Of a stretch of 64,000 nt of DNA, positions 39,251 to 50,798 are shown in pieces (position 1 is the stretch's first letter; each line of letters begins with the position of its first letter). The position numbers and the translations under genes were made by a program. This stretch comes from Alloascoidea hylecoeti. Its lineage: Eukaryota. The stretch spans positions 310,001 to 374,000 of the forward strand of contig BCKZ01000004.1 of the NCBI GenBank assembly GCA_001600815.1, in the 5' to 3' direction. The notes beneath the pieces were generated by a model. It did not search any database. It was not told where the DNA came from and saw only the letters and a program-made list of their open reading frames with translations.

Positions 39251-40205
39251 ATGAATTATCAAAGTAAAAGTAAAAATATCATTTGGCCAAAGGATACAGA
39301 TACTATAAGATCACTTAAACCAACTGAATATAAAAAGGCTGCAAAAACATTTCAAGCCTGTTTCCAAAATGATCCTTTTGCTCAATGGCTAAGTCACGTT
39401 GATAATAATTCACCTGAAGAGGCTAAAAAACTAGATCTAAATATTTGGGAATGCATGATGTATGCCCATCTATTAAATGGCGTTTGCCATATGATTGGGA
39501 ATTGGGAAGGAATTTCTTGTTGGTTACCTCCTGGTAGAGATTGTGATGATTGGTTGACAATGTTACGAAGTGGTATTTATAATTTACGTTGGAAGATGGG
39601 ACCTGAAGGAAGACAGAGATTTTATAACGAGTTTATGCCTGTTCTTCATGATGCAAAGTATGTATTTTCGATGCTTATCACCTAATAATAATTATGTCAC
39701 TTACAATTATATATGTATTAGATCCGAGGTTATGGGCCATCGGGATAAAAATTGTTGGTATTTGGTGTATCTTGGGACTACTCCAAAAGGACGAGGTAAA
39801 GGTCTTTCAAGAAAACTTATGGAGCACGTCACCAATGTGGTAAGTAATTTGCTTGTTATCATAATAAATTTTACACATATTAATTTACGATATATATCTT
39901 CGTGTGCAAAGGCCGATAAACAAAGTATTCCGTGTTACCTGGAATCATCAAACCCAATTAACGTTGGAATTTATAATAGATTTGGTTATGAAGTTGTAAA
40001 GCAAATCGTTTTGAATGAAAACGGCAGAGGTGCACCTGTTCCATTAGATTTAATGATCCGGGAACCAAGATTTGGTGAGTCAGAAGACACTCTTGGTTCT
40101 GGTATCTCAACCGACGATACTCTTGATGGTGAAGATGATGAAGAAAGTGACATTCCTATATTTTATCATATGAATAGTCGTGAGATCGACTACAAAAAAC
40201 ACTAA
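39251..40205 (+). CDS. GNAT-family N-acetyltransferase, 3 exons
   Basis: Introns 39658-39721 and 39840-39911; WYLVYLGTTPKGRGKGLSRKLM and CYLESS...IYNRFGY motifs. Confidence 0.85.
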
Positions 40206-40487
40206 TTGTCTCATTTTGCTTTATTTTTTCTATGAAATCATCAATGTTAACTAAGCATCTATATATCATCATTTTCCAATTTTATATAATTAATAGAAGA
40301 AGAAGAAGAATATTTAATATTAATAAAGTTTTTCACATATATATACTGTACAAAAGTAAGTCTTAAAATAATTTCATAATTATAATTTCGTGCAATCACG
40401 TGTTTCCTTTGACCCAAAAAAAAAAAAAAAAAAAACTGGAAAAAAAATTCTAATTTCAATTAAAAAAGGAAAGAAAACAAAATAATA

Positions 40488-42749
40488 ATGGGTATGATCG
40501 GGAATACTACCCAGTCATCTTCAATACTTGATACTTGGCATAGTATTCGGGGCCCATTGTTAGCAACAGCTGGTATTTCTGCCTGTTTGTATTTAGCTAT
40601 TCAACAGACACGAAAGAATAGAGATGGGGATAAAAAAGGAAAAAGGAATGAAAATAACGATGAGAAGCTTGCTGATCCACCACAATTAAAAGAGAAGGAA
40701 GGAAGGATTTATGCTATTGACTTCACAACAACTGGGACTAACTCAATTTCAACAACTAGTACAATAAAATCAAAACCAAAGTCAAAAAGAATACCCAAAC
40801 GTTTCACAAGTAAAGGAGCAAAAGAAAAATACTCACAAAAGCGTATTGATTTAATCGAGCAAAAATTAGAAGAAACCACAATTGCGGCCAATCTTAATAG
40901 TAAAATTATTATATTCTACTCAACATTAACAGGAACATGTGAACGATATGCTAAGAAACTATATAATGATTTAAAAATTGAATTGATCAATGAACCAGAA
41001 CTTCTAAATATTGATTATATTAACGACTTAGACGATTATTTTGTTTCACCAAAAGATTCAAAAAATATAATTTATTTATTTGTCATACCTTCATATGAAA
41101 CTGAATCTCCGATTGATTTTTTCATTGAAACATTAATAGAAACATTTAACGATTTTAGAATCGATAATAAATCGCTACAAAATATATTAGGATTTTCTGT
41201 CTTTGGTGTTGGGGATAAAGAAGGGTGGCCAGAAGATGAAAAAAATAGCAAATTCTGTTATCAAGCCAAACTTATTGATAAATATATGTCAAAATTAGGA
41301 GCCCCAAGATTGTTCCCTTTAGGTACAACATGCGTTAAAACTGAAGGGGAAATAAATTTGAATGAATGGTCACAATTATTTCTAGAGACTTTAAAAGATC
41401 CAACTCCAAAATTTCCAATAGAAATTGTTGATTCAGATGATGAGAATGAAGGAATATACTCCGAAATTGAGAGTAGTGATGAAGATCAACAGAAAACTGC
41501 AATTGTTGATGTTGAAGATATGGGTAACATTATTAAAAATTCAAGAAAATCAAAAAGTACTGATTCAGGGTACGGGTCTGAGGAAATCATTTCAAACTCC
41601 GCAAAACAGATGGTTGCAAAAGATTCACCAACTTATAAATCTTTAACAAAACAAGGATATACTGTTGTTGGTTCTCATTCCGGTGTTAAAATATGTAGAT
41701 GGACTAAATCTGCTTTAAGAGGCCGTGGTTCATGTTATAAATTTGCATTTTATGGTATTAAAAGTCATCTATGTATGGAAACAACTCCAAGTTTATCATG
41801 CTCAAATAAATGTGTTTTCTGTTGGAGACATGGAACAAATCCCGTCGGAACAACCTGGAGATGGCAAGTTGATCCTCCACAGACCATTTTCAATGGTGCT
41901 CTAGAAGGTCATTATAATAAGATCAAACAAATGAAAGGTGTACCTGGTGTTAGTGCTGCAAGATTTGCTGAGGCCTTCAGAGTCAGACATTGTGCCTTAT
42001 CATTAGTCGGTGAGCCAATCTTTTACCCACATATAAATGAATTTGTTGGTTTATTACATGCTCAACGAATTTCAAGTTTCTTGGTTTGTAATGCCCAACA
42101 TCCTGATCAATTGAGAGCAATGAATCAGGTCACACAACTTTATGTTTCGATTGATGCAAGTACAAAAGATTCACTGAAGAAAGTCGATAGACCGCTTTAT
42201 AGAGATTTTTGGGAACGTCTTAATACATGCCTTGACATCATAAAAGAAAAGAAAACCCAACGGACCGTATTTAGATTAACTTTAGTAAAAGGATTTAATA
42301 TGGACGAAGTTGATGGTTATGTTGATTTGGTTAGAAGAGGGTTGCCATGTTTTATTGAAATTAAAGGTGCTACATTTTGTGGTTCATCTGGTGATAATGG
42401 TGATCCATTAACAATGAAAAACATTCCATTTTATGAGGAGGTCAAAAAGTTCGTTGTGTCTTTAAATGAAAAATTAAATAACGAAGGTTTAGAATATGAT
42501 ATCGCTGCTGAGCATGCTCATAGTTGTTGTATCTTAATGGCACAGAAGAGATTCAAAATCAATGGAGTTTGGCATACACATATCGATTATGATAGATTTT
42601 TCGATTTATTAGAAGAAGGAGTTGAATTTGGTCCCATGGATTATCTAGGTCCTACTCCTGATTGGGCATGGTGGGGATCAGATGAAGCTGGGTTTAATCC
42701 TCAAGATACTAGATTTTATAGGAAAAAGGCTGCCAAAGCAGTGAACTAA
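40488..42749 (+). CDS. TYW1: Wybutosine biosynthesis radical-SAM enzyme with flavodoxin domain
   Basis: YSTLTGT flavodoxin loop, GSHSGVKICRWTK, CSNKCVFC Fe-S motif. Confidence 0.96.
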   Translation: MGMIGNTTQSSSILDTWHSIRGPLLATAGISACLYLAIQQTRKNRDGDKKGKRNENNDEKLADPPQLKEKEGRIYAIDFTTTGTNSISTTSTIKSKPKSKRIPKRFTSKGAKEKYSQKRIDLIEQKLEETTIAANLNSKIIIFYSTLTGTCERYAKKLYNDLKIELINEPELLNIDYINDLDDYFVSPKDSKNIIYLFVIPSYETESPIDFFIETLIETFNDFRIDNKSLQNILGFSVFGVGDKEGWPEDEKNSKFCYQAKLIDKYMSKLGAPRLFPLGTTCVKTEGEINLNEWSQLFLETLKDPTPKFPIEIVDSDDENEGIYSEIESSDEDQQKTAIVDVEDMGNIIKNSRKSKSTDSGYGSEEIISNSAKQMVAKDSPTYKSLTKQGYTVVGSHSGVKICRWTKSALRGRGSCYKFAFYGIKSHLCMETTPSLSCSNKCVFCWRHGTNPVGTTWRWQVDPPQTIFNGALEGHYNKIKQMKGVPGVSAARFAEAFRVRHCALSLVGEPIFYPHINEFVGLLHAQRISSFLVCNAQHPDQLRAMNQVTQLYVSIDASTKDSLKKVDRPLYRDFWERLNTCLDIIKEKKTQRTVFRLTLVKGFNMDEVDGYVDLVRRGLPCFIEIKGATFCGSSGDNGDPLTMKNIPFYEEVKKFVVSLNEKLNNEGLEYDIAAEHAHSCCILMAQKRFKINGVWHTHIDYDRFFDLLEEGVEFGPMDYLGPTPDWAWWGSDEAGFNPQDTRFYRKKAAKAVN

Positions 42750-43085
42750 TACTTGTTTAAATATTTAAATATATAAGATTAATAATTGTATAGCTATTTA
42801 TATTGCGGCTAACGTTATGGCTTTTCTACTTATAAATAAACTAATTTATGTTTATTCTATTCTATTAATCAAACTAGTATTAAAAGCGACATGTGAATAT
42901 CTATACGTGTAAATTTTCAATTTAAATTCTCTTTTTTCTTACTTCTCTTCGATTTTTAATAAAAACATCTATCAGTTCTAGATCTTATTATATAAAATCA
43001 TTGGCACGTGATCATATTCCTCTCTTTAGGTAAATATGCAGTTTTAGTTAACCTTCCAAACATCACAATATATAACCAATGGATC

Positions 43086-43587
43086 ATGGCGTCACGGCGA
43101 TATACACCAACACTCAACAGCTCATCAGCCCCTTCCAAGGTGTCTCCACTATCCACCTTGATTTTAGAGAAAAGGCAAGAACTAGAGATGTTGCAACAGA
43201 TGAAAGATCTAAGTGGGAACATGATCTCACAACTTGAACAATTACAGGAGAAATTGGCAACCCTAGCAGATGGAACGAAAAGTATGATAAGAATACTTCT
43301 TGCTAAATATAGTTTACAATTGTGGTTTCCATAAAGAGGATTCTAACTCATTACAATGATATAGGTGTTGCATTTGTTTTAAGTAACTGGTCAGCAATAA
43401 GACAAGCTGTCTCTTTGGCTTCACGTAAGTAGTATTATTATAATTGTTATTTCTTTATTTTTTTAACTTACCATTTTTTGAAGTGTCTCTACAAAACTAC
43501 TCCGAACAAGATTATGAACAGGAACAACCTATGCCTGAAACATTGGTACGAATAAGAGTCGATGGTGAAGAAGAGGAACAAGAGTAA
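43086..43587 (+). CDS. DAD2: DASH/Dam1 kinetochore subunit, 3 exons
   Basis: Introns 43282-43364 and 43425-43483; EKRQELE...LADGTKSVAFVLSNW...AVSLAS...MPETLVRIR. Confidence 0.88.
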
Positions 43588-43716
43588 TAAGTTTATGTTT
43601 ATAATCAATGATTTATCTAATGTATAATTTTAATGAAAATATCTTACTAATACACAATACTATTTCAAAATATGTAGACGATATTTTTTTATATGCTTAT
43701 AACTAATTCCTATGGT

Positions 43717-46700
43717 TCAAAATTCATCTCCTTCAGAATCTCTTTGGGCTGTTGCGATGATACTTGAAATCCATCCTTCCAAATTAAAACTCTTAATGAG
43801 GTTTTGAATTTTGTCATTATCTATCTGTAATTCTCTATCAATTTCTTGTAGATCTGATGTAGTAGCTGAAGCGTACCGTGCCGAAAGATCAAGAGGTGTT
43901 ATGGGTGAAAGCAATAAATCTGACGTTGGTACCCGGATTTCTGGATCTTGAGTAAATAAACCTATAGAATGCATAGTTAGAAAAAGATATCAATGCTCAA
44001 GAGAATAATGAAGACTCACCATTTGCAAATGCAAGAAAAAGAGTTCTATATAGGATAGTATTTTGTGAATTTCTTAATACTTCTTGATCAGATTTGTTTT
44101 CTGTAGAACTAATTTCCGACCAGCTATTAAAAAAAAAAAGTTAGCAAATTAGATTTAATTCGATTTTTTGATTAAAAAATTGTGCACATACTTATCTAAT
44201 AAAATGACGCGTCTCCAAATCAATTTCAAGCTTGTACGCTTTTTATCCAAATCTTCATCATACAGTGATAATTGTTTTAAAGCCAGGTAAAAATTATCTT
44301 TCATTTCTTGATTCTTAGGTTCAATCAAAGTCAATCCATCAACTAATTCCTCCTGAGTTAACATTTGTTTTGATAATACTCTTGATAAAACACGAGTTAA
44401 GATATTTAAAGTAGCTCTCATATTTCTTTTCTTCAATCCTATTGCTAAATTATTTACAATGGTTTGAACTTTATTACTTGTGTCATTATTGTCATTATCA
44501 AACGGTAATAAAATCTTATAGAATGATTCTTGGATTTTAGCAATAGAAAGTTCATGATTAATTATATCAATATTTTGTTCAATAACAGTATCATTTGTTA
44601 AACTCTCTGATGCAGCAAGAAATGCTAATTTTGATAAAGATAATTGAAGTTTTCTATTTGAAGTTTTCTCATGTCTTTGTGCTGATTTACCGGTTGTAAT
44701 TTCTAGTAATACCGTTCCTACATCAAGATAACGTTCCTTTAAAATATCATGAATCCAAGAGATATTACCATGTTGATAGTTATTTTCTTTAAAGAATCGA
44801 TCTAAATACTCATCAAATTCAGGAAATCCAATAAGTAAGACCTGTAATTTTTGGGCTTCAAGGTAATATTTATAAGCAATCTTTGCAAAATCATAACCAA
44901 ATTTATTAAAAAATCGACGGAATCTTTCCAAAACTGCTACATGTTGCATAGATTCTTCGCCAAATGAATCAATTGCGTATTCTCTATCAATATCTGATAT
45001 TTCAACCAATGATCTATAAAATTGAAATTCTTCTGATAAATTCAATGCATCTTCCTTTTTATTAAATTCCACCAAATTAGACATCCATCCAGCTTTTCTT
45101 GAGTTAAAAAAATTATTGAATTGATCATATTCTCCAGCTTTAATTAATTGAATATTTTGATTATACCATGATTTTTTATCAGTACATCCAGTCGATAAAA
45201 TCTCGGTTAGTTCAACCAATTCAGTTGACATTGAATAAACCTTTTCATTATTATCACCATTTTTTTTAACTAATGATCTTAGCTGTTTTGTTGTTTCCTG
45301 TATTAATGAATCCATTGCTTCTAATAAGACCCCATTTGATGTCCATGGAACCTGTTTACTACAACTAATATTATCTAAATGAAATAACTCTTTTATTATT
45401 AATTGACGAATCGATAATGCACCAGAGCGTAATGTAGTTGAAATGAGTTGATTTAATAATGATACGTCAATGAACAAGTGATTTTTAGAACTCTTTTGAT
45501 GTTTAAAATATAGTTTAATTGTTGATGATAAAACGCTTCCAATCTTAGAAATATTAGTTTCGAAAAACGAACGTAATGGATCATTTGGTTGAGTGTTTAG
45601 TGATTTCTTAACAGGTAATGCTTCTTTAAATAAATCAACTATTTTGATTTTTTCAGGATCATTAGATGAACCAAATGAATCTAAAACTCCCCATAATTCT
45701 TTCGCAGCAACAACTTTTTCTAAACCAAGCAGCAATTTCACTTTTGTATCATTACCAATCGTATCAACAAAATTGGAATTAACATAGTGAGCGAGGTTTA
45801 ACAATCGATCTGCTCTTAAAGCCAAACACTCTGCTACGGAAGGCAAAAATGGAGGTAAATAAACGGAGTTCGAGTGAATCAATTCACTACTAACTTCTAA
45901 TAGTGCCGTTTCCGTTGCCGTAACACTTATTGTAATGTCCTTTGGAACATCAAATGATAATGGATTACCATTTAGTAGACCATAATAAACAGCTTGTTCA
46001 ATTTTGCTTTTAGCAAAATACTCCATTATTACTGATTCTGGCCGTATTTGAGGCGGCTCATCTGGATCATCTTCAAACTTTTCTATTCTAATAACACCAG
46101 CCTCTTTAGAAATAATAATGACCGCAGCATGTCTATCAGCAGTATTCGCAATTGTTATCATGTCTTCGAATCCAGCACCTATAATCTCAATACCACTTCT
46201 AAATATAAGAATATCCTCCCATTTATGTTTTTTTGTGATATCGACTAAAGCTACTGCATTGCTGAACACAATGAAAGCTGTGTTTCCTGGATATGGTAAA
46301 AATAATTCTGGGTTTCTTGTCGATGGTGATGAAAAACAAGTTAATCTGTATGTAGAGATGACAGAAACATCATTATTATCTTTCCGTATTGTATATAATA
46401 AATAAAATGTATCAATATCATAAGTAAATGAAGTGAGAATTAAAAAATTAACATTATTATTATTACTACTATTTTCTAAAGGATGAATATCATGAACTTT
46501 GAAGCTTTCATATGCAGTTGGATAACCTTGACCAATTTCTTCTAAAAGCATTTCTTTTAAATCAGCTTGAAATAATAGTTTTGATTGGCCATCACGGGAG
46601 CATTCCCAAAAGGAGAATTTAGCATCGATGTTTATAAAAAAGATTTCACGTTCACCAGTTTCATGACCAATGATTTTTCCTGGTCTCACAGCAACAATAT

Positions 46701-47490
46701 CTTTCCTATCCGGACCAGGGATAATTGTTAAAGCACTTGATAAGTTATTCCAGAAATTACCAGCATTGTTTCTGATTATTGAACTGGATAGACATGGTTT
46801 ACCTAAACTGTCGTGTAATGATAAAAGGATGAACCGTCCACTTGTAGTCGTTGCGACAATACCAGCAGGCTCTGCATTTGTTACGATAGAGACGGTTTCT
46901 CCATGATATAGTTTAATAGTATGTGAAATAATCCTCGAAGTCTGAGATAAGAGACCATATGAAATGCCAGTAGAGTCATAAAAATCAGCATTTCCAGAAA
47001 CCGGATCTATAGTGACCAAACCAGGTTCTGTCATACCAGCTTGAGGTGATACAAGAACTGCAAAGGGAAGTCTCCCTTCGTCAAACAATATATCACCATC
47101 TGAATCTGAGCTTGAAATAGGAAAAGTAGCGATTGATGGGATTGGATTTGGTGAGGAATAATCCCAAATATAAGCAAATTTCGAACTAACTAACAATCCG
47201 TGTTTAGTTACCTGATCAGTTATTGCGTATAAACCGTCATTTGGAGTTCTCAAAACCGAGGGATTTGCTGGTAATCTTGACACTGAGTATTTTTCATTTT
47301 TCGTTAATTCAGTAATAGCATCAACACCTGATGAACCTCCCTCACTGATAATATCTGGTGTATCAGACGGGAAAGAATGTAATTGAGCTTTATTAAATGA
47401 TATTGAAGAAGCAGAACTTTCAGATCTTCTTACTGGCTTATTATAAGTGCCACTGACCTGTCTAATATTCCTAACTGAGTTTGTGCCCAT
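43717..47490 (-). CDS. NUP133: Nucleoporin Nup133, two 3' introns
   Basis: ELTKNEKYSVSRLPANP, EPGLVTIDPVSG, SKIEQAVYYG, LSLSKLA, IWRRVILLD; lies between DAD2 and RPF2 as in S. cerevisiae. Confidence 0.88.
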
Positions 47491-47679
47491 AATTGGTTTT
47501 TCAATATGAAAATGAAATGCTAAAAAGATGAATATTTGAGATCTTATGAACCGTGAAATTATTGTCGTGTTTAGTTACCCGGATTATTCACATCGCAAAA
47601 AAAGAAAAATATTAATTTTCTGTGGACATATTTATCAAATTTAAAAAAATTTCTTTTCACATAAATATTTAATTTCAAC

Positions 47680-48816
47680 ATGTTAAGAACATTGTAAGTA
47701 CCACAATTTTTATATGTTGGTGGAAGATATTGTAAAATATTAACGAAGTCTTATATTTTTTTTTTCTTAGAAAACCAAAGAATGCTCGTTCGAAGAGAGC
47801 ATTATTGAAAAAAGACCCAAAGTTGGTTGAAAATACTAAACAGGCTTTATTTATTCCTGGATCAACAAGCAACCAGATTTTACATGATGCTATGGTTGAT
47901 TTGGTAAGTTTTATTTGTCATACAAAATATTGTTATTATGGGAAACTAATTTTGTTACAAGAGCGCTCTCAAAAAACCTGATATGAAAAGATTTCAAAAG
48001 AAAAATAACATTAGACCATTTGAAGACTCTTCAGAATTAGAATTTTTCTCTAAAAAGAATGATTCCTCATTATTGGTATTCGGTAGTAGTAATAAGAAAA
48101 GACCAAACACCTTAACGTTTGTACGAACGTTTGATTATAAAATTTATGATATGATTGAGTTGAGATTGACATCTCATGTGTTCCTACAAGAATTTAAGAA
48201 ACAAACATTTAACGTTGGTATGAAACCATTATTCACTTTCAATGGCCCATTGTTTGATACAGATGCAACTTTCATACATTTGAAGAGCTTATTTTTGGAC
48301 TTTTATAGGGGTACTACAACAGACTTGATGGATTTGACGGGTTTACAGCATATTATTTCTCTAACTGCCGGTGAGAAAGATGAGGATGGAAATTTACCAA
48401 AACTACACTTTAGAGTATATAGATTGAAAACAATACGAAGTGGTCAGAAACTTCCACGAGTTGAATTGGAAGAAGTTGGTCCTAGATTTGATTTCACTAT
48501 TGGTAGAGTTCAAGAAGCAAGCACTGAAATGGTTAAAGAAGCCCTGAAGAGACCTAGACAACTTGAACCAAAAACCAAGAAGAATATCGAAACTGATCTT
48601 TTGGGTGACAAACTTGGAAGAGTTCATGTTGGTAAACAAGACCTTTCAAACTTACAGACAAGAAAAATAAAGGGGTTGAAAAAACGATTTGATCAAACAA
48701 ATGACGATGAGGATGAAATCAGTCTGGATGAGATTAGCCAAGATGAAGATGAAGATGAAGATGAAGATGAAGATGAAGATGTGCCATCACCTAAAAAGTC
48801 AAAAACCAGTCCATAG
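47680..48816 (+). CDS. RPF2: Brix-domain ribosome biogenesis factor, 3 exons
   Basis: MLRTLKPKNARSKRAL; introns 47694-47770 and 47904-47961; LPRVELEEVGPRFDF; (GATGAA)n acidic tail. Confidence 0.93.
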
Positions 48817-49016
48817 TCCAATGTAATGTACTTCTATATAACTCATAATTAATATAATTATTTACGTTTTTGTTCATTACTATGTATAGTAAAATTCGAG
48901 TCTGTTATCATAAGGTTAAAACTTACTAATAGACTTTCCAACATTCAACACTAATGCTTTTAAATTAGTAAAGAGCAAAAAATAATGAGTGATAAAACCT
49001 AATAAAAGTGAGATAC

Positions 49017-49598
49017 CATGTTTTCAACGAATTAGTTTATTCGTGATGTTTGTGAAAATTTCACGGTTTTTCCACTCTGAATAAGCCTTATTTGAGTAAC
49101 ATTTTAGTCTTAATATTGTGTATATTTTCGGAATACTGGAAATTAATAATTAGTTTCACGGTGACACGATATTTCTTTATTACTCTTTAATTTATTTTTT
49201 CATAAGCTTGACATATATTTTGTTCATTTATTGGGGCTTATGTGTGAATAGAGTTTCACCGTTCTGGTGAGTTAAATATTCGCCGTTTTGTTGGCATCTA
49301 TTTCGTTATAATTTGGAACGAAATTCACAAACTAAATGCCATCTGAATCAGTGTAACTAAGTTGATGTCCCCATACAAACGTACATCTAACTCTCCATAT
49401 GGGGAAACTATATTCACACAACAGTCTAATATGGTAACGAAATTTATGCCAACGTACAACTCAATAACTTGAAGAAAAATAGCGAAAACATGATTGCCCT
49501 AGAAACTAATTATTAAGGTTCAATATGCCGAAATTACACATACGAAAGTGCCGAAAATGTTTTTTCAATATCGCGAATTCAAAAAGTGGAAAAACTGT
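49017..49598 (+). ncRNA. Candidate structured non-coding RNA or foldback element (unidentified)
   Basis: At least six 9-40 nt complementary segment pairs between the two halves, with G-U-compatible substitutions on the + strand; no known family motif recognised. Confidence 0.35.
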
Positions 49599-49846
49599 AA
49601 TTAATTTTTACTGTATTTTCAAAATTAATTGTTGTAATTAACATTATGTATTTTATGAATTAACAAAAGATTTGTTGAAGTAATAACCAGACGAATATAA
49701 ATTTGCTATATATATGTAGTAATTGGTCTTCATCGTCTTAATTAGCTCCTTCGTTCTCTTCTCTATATTCACCCATCTATTTCAATCTAAAAGTTGAAAC
49801 TAGTTATGGCAGCAGTTGTCAGGATAAAATGTTTTATCATTAATAA

Positions 49847-50521
49847 TCACATTAGATCAAAATCATCAATAGCATTTCTATATTTAAGAGTAGTTCTCTT
49901 AATTTTACTTTGATCAACCCATGTTAGATAATCTTCCATATTCCTTGTAACCAGAAAGGCAGGATCAGTAATAACCTGTGGTCCTATTCTAACATGACCT
50001 TGTTCAACAAACTTAACAGCATCAGAGACTGTTTCGGCCATCTTTAATCGACACATAACAACACCGATTCTTCTTCTACAAAAGCTTGATACCGTTATTT
50101 TATTTTCCAGGTCGGATATTTTTGATTTGGATGCTAATATACCAATACTATATAGTTTGTCTAATAGTAGTTGTTCGTGTTGAAGTCTGAATGGATCGGT
50201 AGGTTGTAATAGAGATAAACGATGTGCTAATTGCCGAATGTTACCACAGATTTTGTTATATCTAATAGAATAAAGTCAATATATGAAGTGGACAAAACTC
50301 GTTAATAAATGTATCTTACTTATAATAATCTTCCCTGTTTTGAACATGGTATGTCCTCATGACCTGTGAGTCCCGATGACCTTGATCTTGTTTCCACTGT
50401 AAATATGTGAAAAAAAAGTTAGAACACTATCTCAACAAACTGGCTTTGTGATGATACATACGTCAAGGAAATCGACCTTCCGCAGAAGTTTTTTTTCGTG
50501 ATGTTTTAGTTTTCTAACCAT
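49847..50521 (-). CDS. IMP3: U3 snoRNP protein Imp3 (S4 family), 3 exons
   Basis: [29 protein letters not shown]..., [33 protein letters not shown] just upstream. Confidence 0.93.
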
Positions 50522-50798
50522 TGAAATTTGTGAAGTTTTGTAAGACTTTTAACAAATTTTTCAGTGCTGATAAAAAATAAGTTAAAATGACCCCGTACGT
50601 TTAGGAGTGTAAGTTACGGATTTAAATGGTAATATAGAGTGACAGCCTATAAACGCTGTGCTCCCAGACACATGCCTATAAACATATAAGACTGCAGTTG
50701 TTATCATAATAAATAGAAATTCTTATTTTCTTCTTCCCTTTTTCAAACTTATAAAGCCTCTTCTATTTACTTTCATATCCATATTCTTGCTCTTAATA

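Noticed and set aside
49232..49240. TGGGGCTTA resembling the RNase MRP P4 3' strand
   Set aside because: The matching GAAAGUCCCC 5' strand is not upstream; GTCCCC occurs only downstream
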